Shown: positions 62,030-64,000 of the stretch, piece after piece
Layout: every line of letters starts with the position of its first letter
Numbering within the stretch: position 1 is the stretch's first letter
Source of the DNA: Cheilinus undulatus
Lineage: Eukaryota
Direction of reading: 5' to 3'
DNA length: 64,000 nt
Assembly: GCF_018320785.1 (NCBI RefSeq)
Contig: NC_054879.1
Span: 26,584,546 to 26,648,545 of the forward strand
Position numbers and translations under genes: made by a program
The notes under the pieces: generated by a model
Told to the model about the DNA's origin: nothing
What the model saw: only the letters and a program-made list of their open reading frames with translations
Databases searched by the model: none

Positions 62030-64000
62030 GCTGACCAGGAAATATCAGAAGTCTGACCGAAAATGACGGATTAAAATTTTCTGGAGCTCTGGAGCTGCTC
62101 TGGTTCCTCTGGAAAACCAAAGATGAAGCCCTCTCAGTCAGCCTGAGTAAATAGAAACTAAACAGGAGTGCCACCAGTATATGCCCGCCTTTGGTGGTTT
62201 TAAAAAGATGATGCCATGCTTTCACTTCCTAACAAAAAAAAGGAAACAAGAGGAATTTCCCAGGTAACTTTTATTGAGCGGACATAAAGAAAAAGATCCT
62301 CATTTTGACCACAAATCATTGTATAACAAGTATCCCACTGAGAAAACATATTTGAGCAGTGGCCCTACCAATGGATAAAAAGCAAAAAATGCCCCCTTTA
62401 GCTCTACTGATGGATAAAATGTGATCAAATGCCAATCACAGGTGTCCTTCCAGTAGATTTCTTGTGTTAAAATGCACTTGTAGATTCCCTTTAAGATATT
62501 TGGAAAAAGTGTTTAAGTGGCTTCTGGGTATCTTTCCACTGGAGAAAACATGAAGAACCTTCTCAGGTGCCCTTAAAATGGATAAGAAGTGATGAAATAC
62601 CTTCTGTGGTGCCATAACGATGGAAAAATGGAAGTATCTGAAAGGTTTTCAAAAATTTTATTTAAGGATGTCAGAGATTTCATTAGCATAGAAGAATTAA
62701 CTAGACATTCCTGAAATTTCCTTGAAATTCCAAAAATCTCCCTACAATTTTCACAAAAAATTCCAGCAAATTCCTGAAAAAAATCGGGCACTTTCCCCAA
62801 AATTTCAAGACAAATTCTAAACAAATTCCCCCAAACTTTCAAGCAAATTCACACAAGTTTAACACATTGATTTATTCAAAACCACATGGAAAGTTAAGGA
62901 AAATCTCCAACCATAAGGGAAAATTTTTTTAAAAAATTTCAAACTAATTCCCCCCAAAAATCCTGAAAATTCAAGTCATTTTGAAGGAACCCCTCCCCCC
63001 AAAATATCAAAACAAATACCTGAAACTTTAAAAAAAAATCCCCAAATTCTCATTAAAATACCAAAAATGTTAAAATTTCAAAGTAAACTCTCCAAGCATC
63101 CCAAGCAAGTTAGTTCTGGACATTTTTTCCATATTGTAGATAAGCCATAATGTAACAGTGTCCTCATATTTACATGCTGTGTCTCAGGAGGTTAAGAGCC
63201 CTGTCAGGTGCCCTTCCCATTGGTCTGTTGCCTTCTTAGCTGCCTTTGCAATGGGTAACATTTAATTATTTACCCTCTCCTTTACCTTTCCAATGAAAAA
63301 AGTGCAATTGTCATTATGGAGTTTAATATGAAATTTCTTCATGGATTACAAAACTGAAAAGAATAAAGAAATAAAAATATTTGTCAAATGATATCTTACT
63401 ATACCACCTATAGGCCATGTATATTCAGCATTACAGCTCAGCTTGCTGAGAGGCAATGTCCATGAACATCAGCAGTCTTAGACTCTTAACCCCTTAACGC
63501 CTGTTGTCACATATTTGAGACATACTTTTATGGTACCTCTATCTAATCAATATGCTCAATAAATTACTCAAAAAAAATCTGAATACAATCTGATAAATGA
63601 TAAAAATGCCCTCAAGTGGATTATCAGTTACCAAAAATACCTAATGAATGAAATGAGATACTAAAAATATATTTGTTAAATTTGATGGAAATTTGGATTT
63701 TTTAAGATTTCAGTAGAAAGTTAAATGAACATTTCACTTCCAAAAAATTAGAATTTTCTGGCTATTATTAGTGTTTTCAGGCTTTAAGGGGTTAATTCTG
63801 GAAATAACCTTTTTGCCTGAAATACACCATAATATAAGTCTTACATTTTTCATCATGGAAAAAAACATACAGAAAGATGAAGCACAAGAAATAGGAGACA
63901 TGTTAAATTAAATTTTACATATTTTAAGTTACACAAAACCTCTTTTATGAAAGCACTGTCTAATCCTAATCCTAACCCCACAAAAAATTGAAAATATGCC

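Noticed and set aside
1-64000. Prokaryotic-style features (operons, CRISPR arrays, defence islands, RBS)
   Set aside because: GT-AG introns, polyA signals, microsatellites, Tc1/LINE/Penelope elements and a CTLD gene family show this is vertebrate nuclear DNA. ATG-less alternative-start ORFs in the track, such as GTG at 16694 and TTG at 25944, are artefacts of a bacterial ORF caller.

Overview
This is eukaryotic DNA that looks like a teleost fish genome, not a prokaryote. No operons, CRISPR arrays or rRNA are present. Most of the window is a head-to-tail tandem array of paralogous type II transmembrane C-type lectin receptor genes on the + strand. They resemble the ASGR/MGL/CD209 family, and every copy carries the galactose-type QPD...WND calcium-site motif. 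Each unit has six coding exons: a cytoplasmic exon with an acidic-Gly-Ile-Tyr-x-x-Val/Ile motif, a TM exon, a coiled-coil neck exon and three CTLD exons. Splice phases are conserved, and in the four full copies the summed exon lengths are divisible by three.

Copies found:
- one 3' partial copy at the window start (1355-2950)
- four apparently intact copies (5535-12214, 16700-27925, 36667-43739, 47755-55466)
- one truncated copy with no CTLD exons and an internally duplicated cytoplasmic exon (29602-32742)
- one pseudogene fragment (14865-15637)

Introns and spacers are full of transposon relics: Tc1/mariner, LINE/RT fragments, a Penelope-like GIY-YIG fragment and foldback/MITE elements. Some of these insertions are shared between paralogues, so they predate the duplications. 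There are also microsatellites and two large T-rich tandem arrays in inverted orientation (49250-50060 and 58885-59750). Each lectin start codon is preceded by a conserved ETS/PU.1-like promoter motif.

A two-exon CALHM-family gene lies on the minus strand at 60106-62029. All coordinates were derived by hand and may be off by a few bp.
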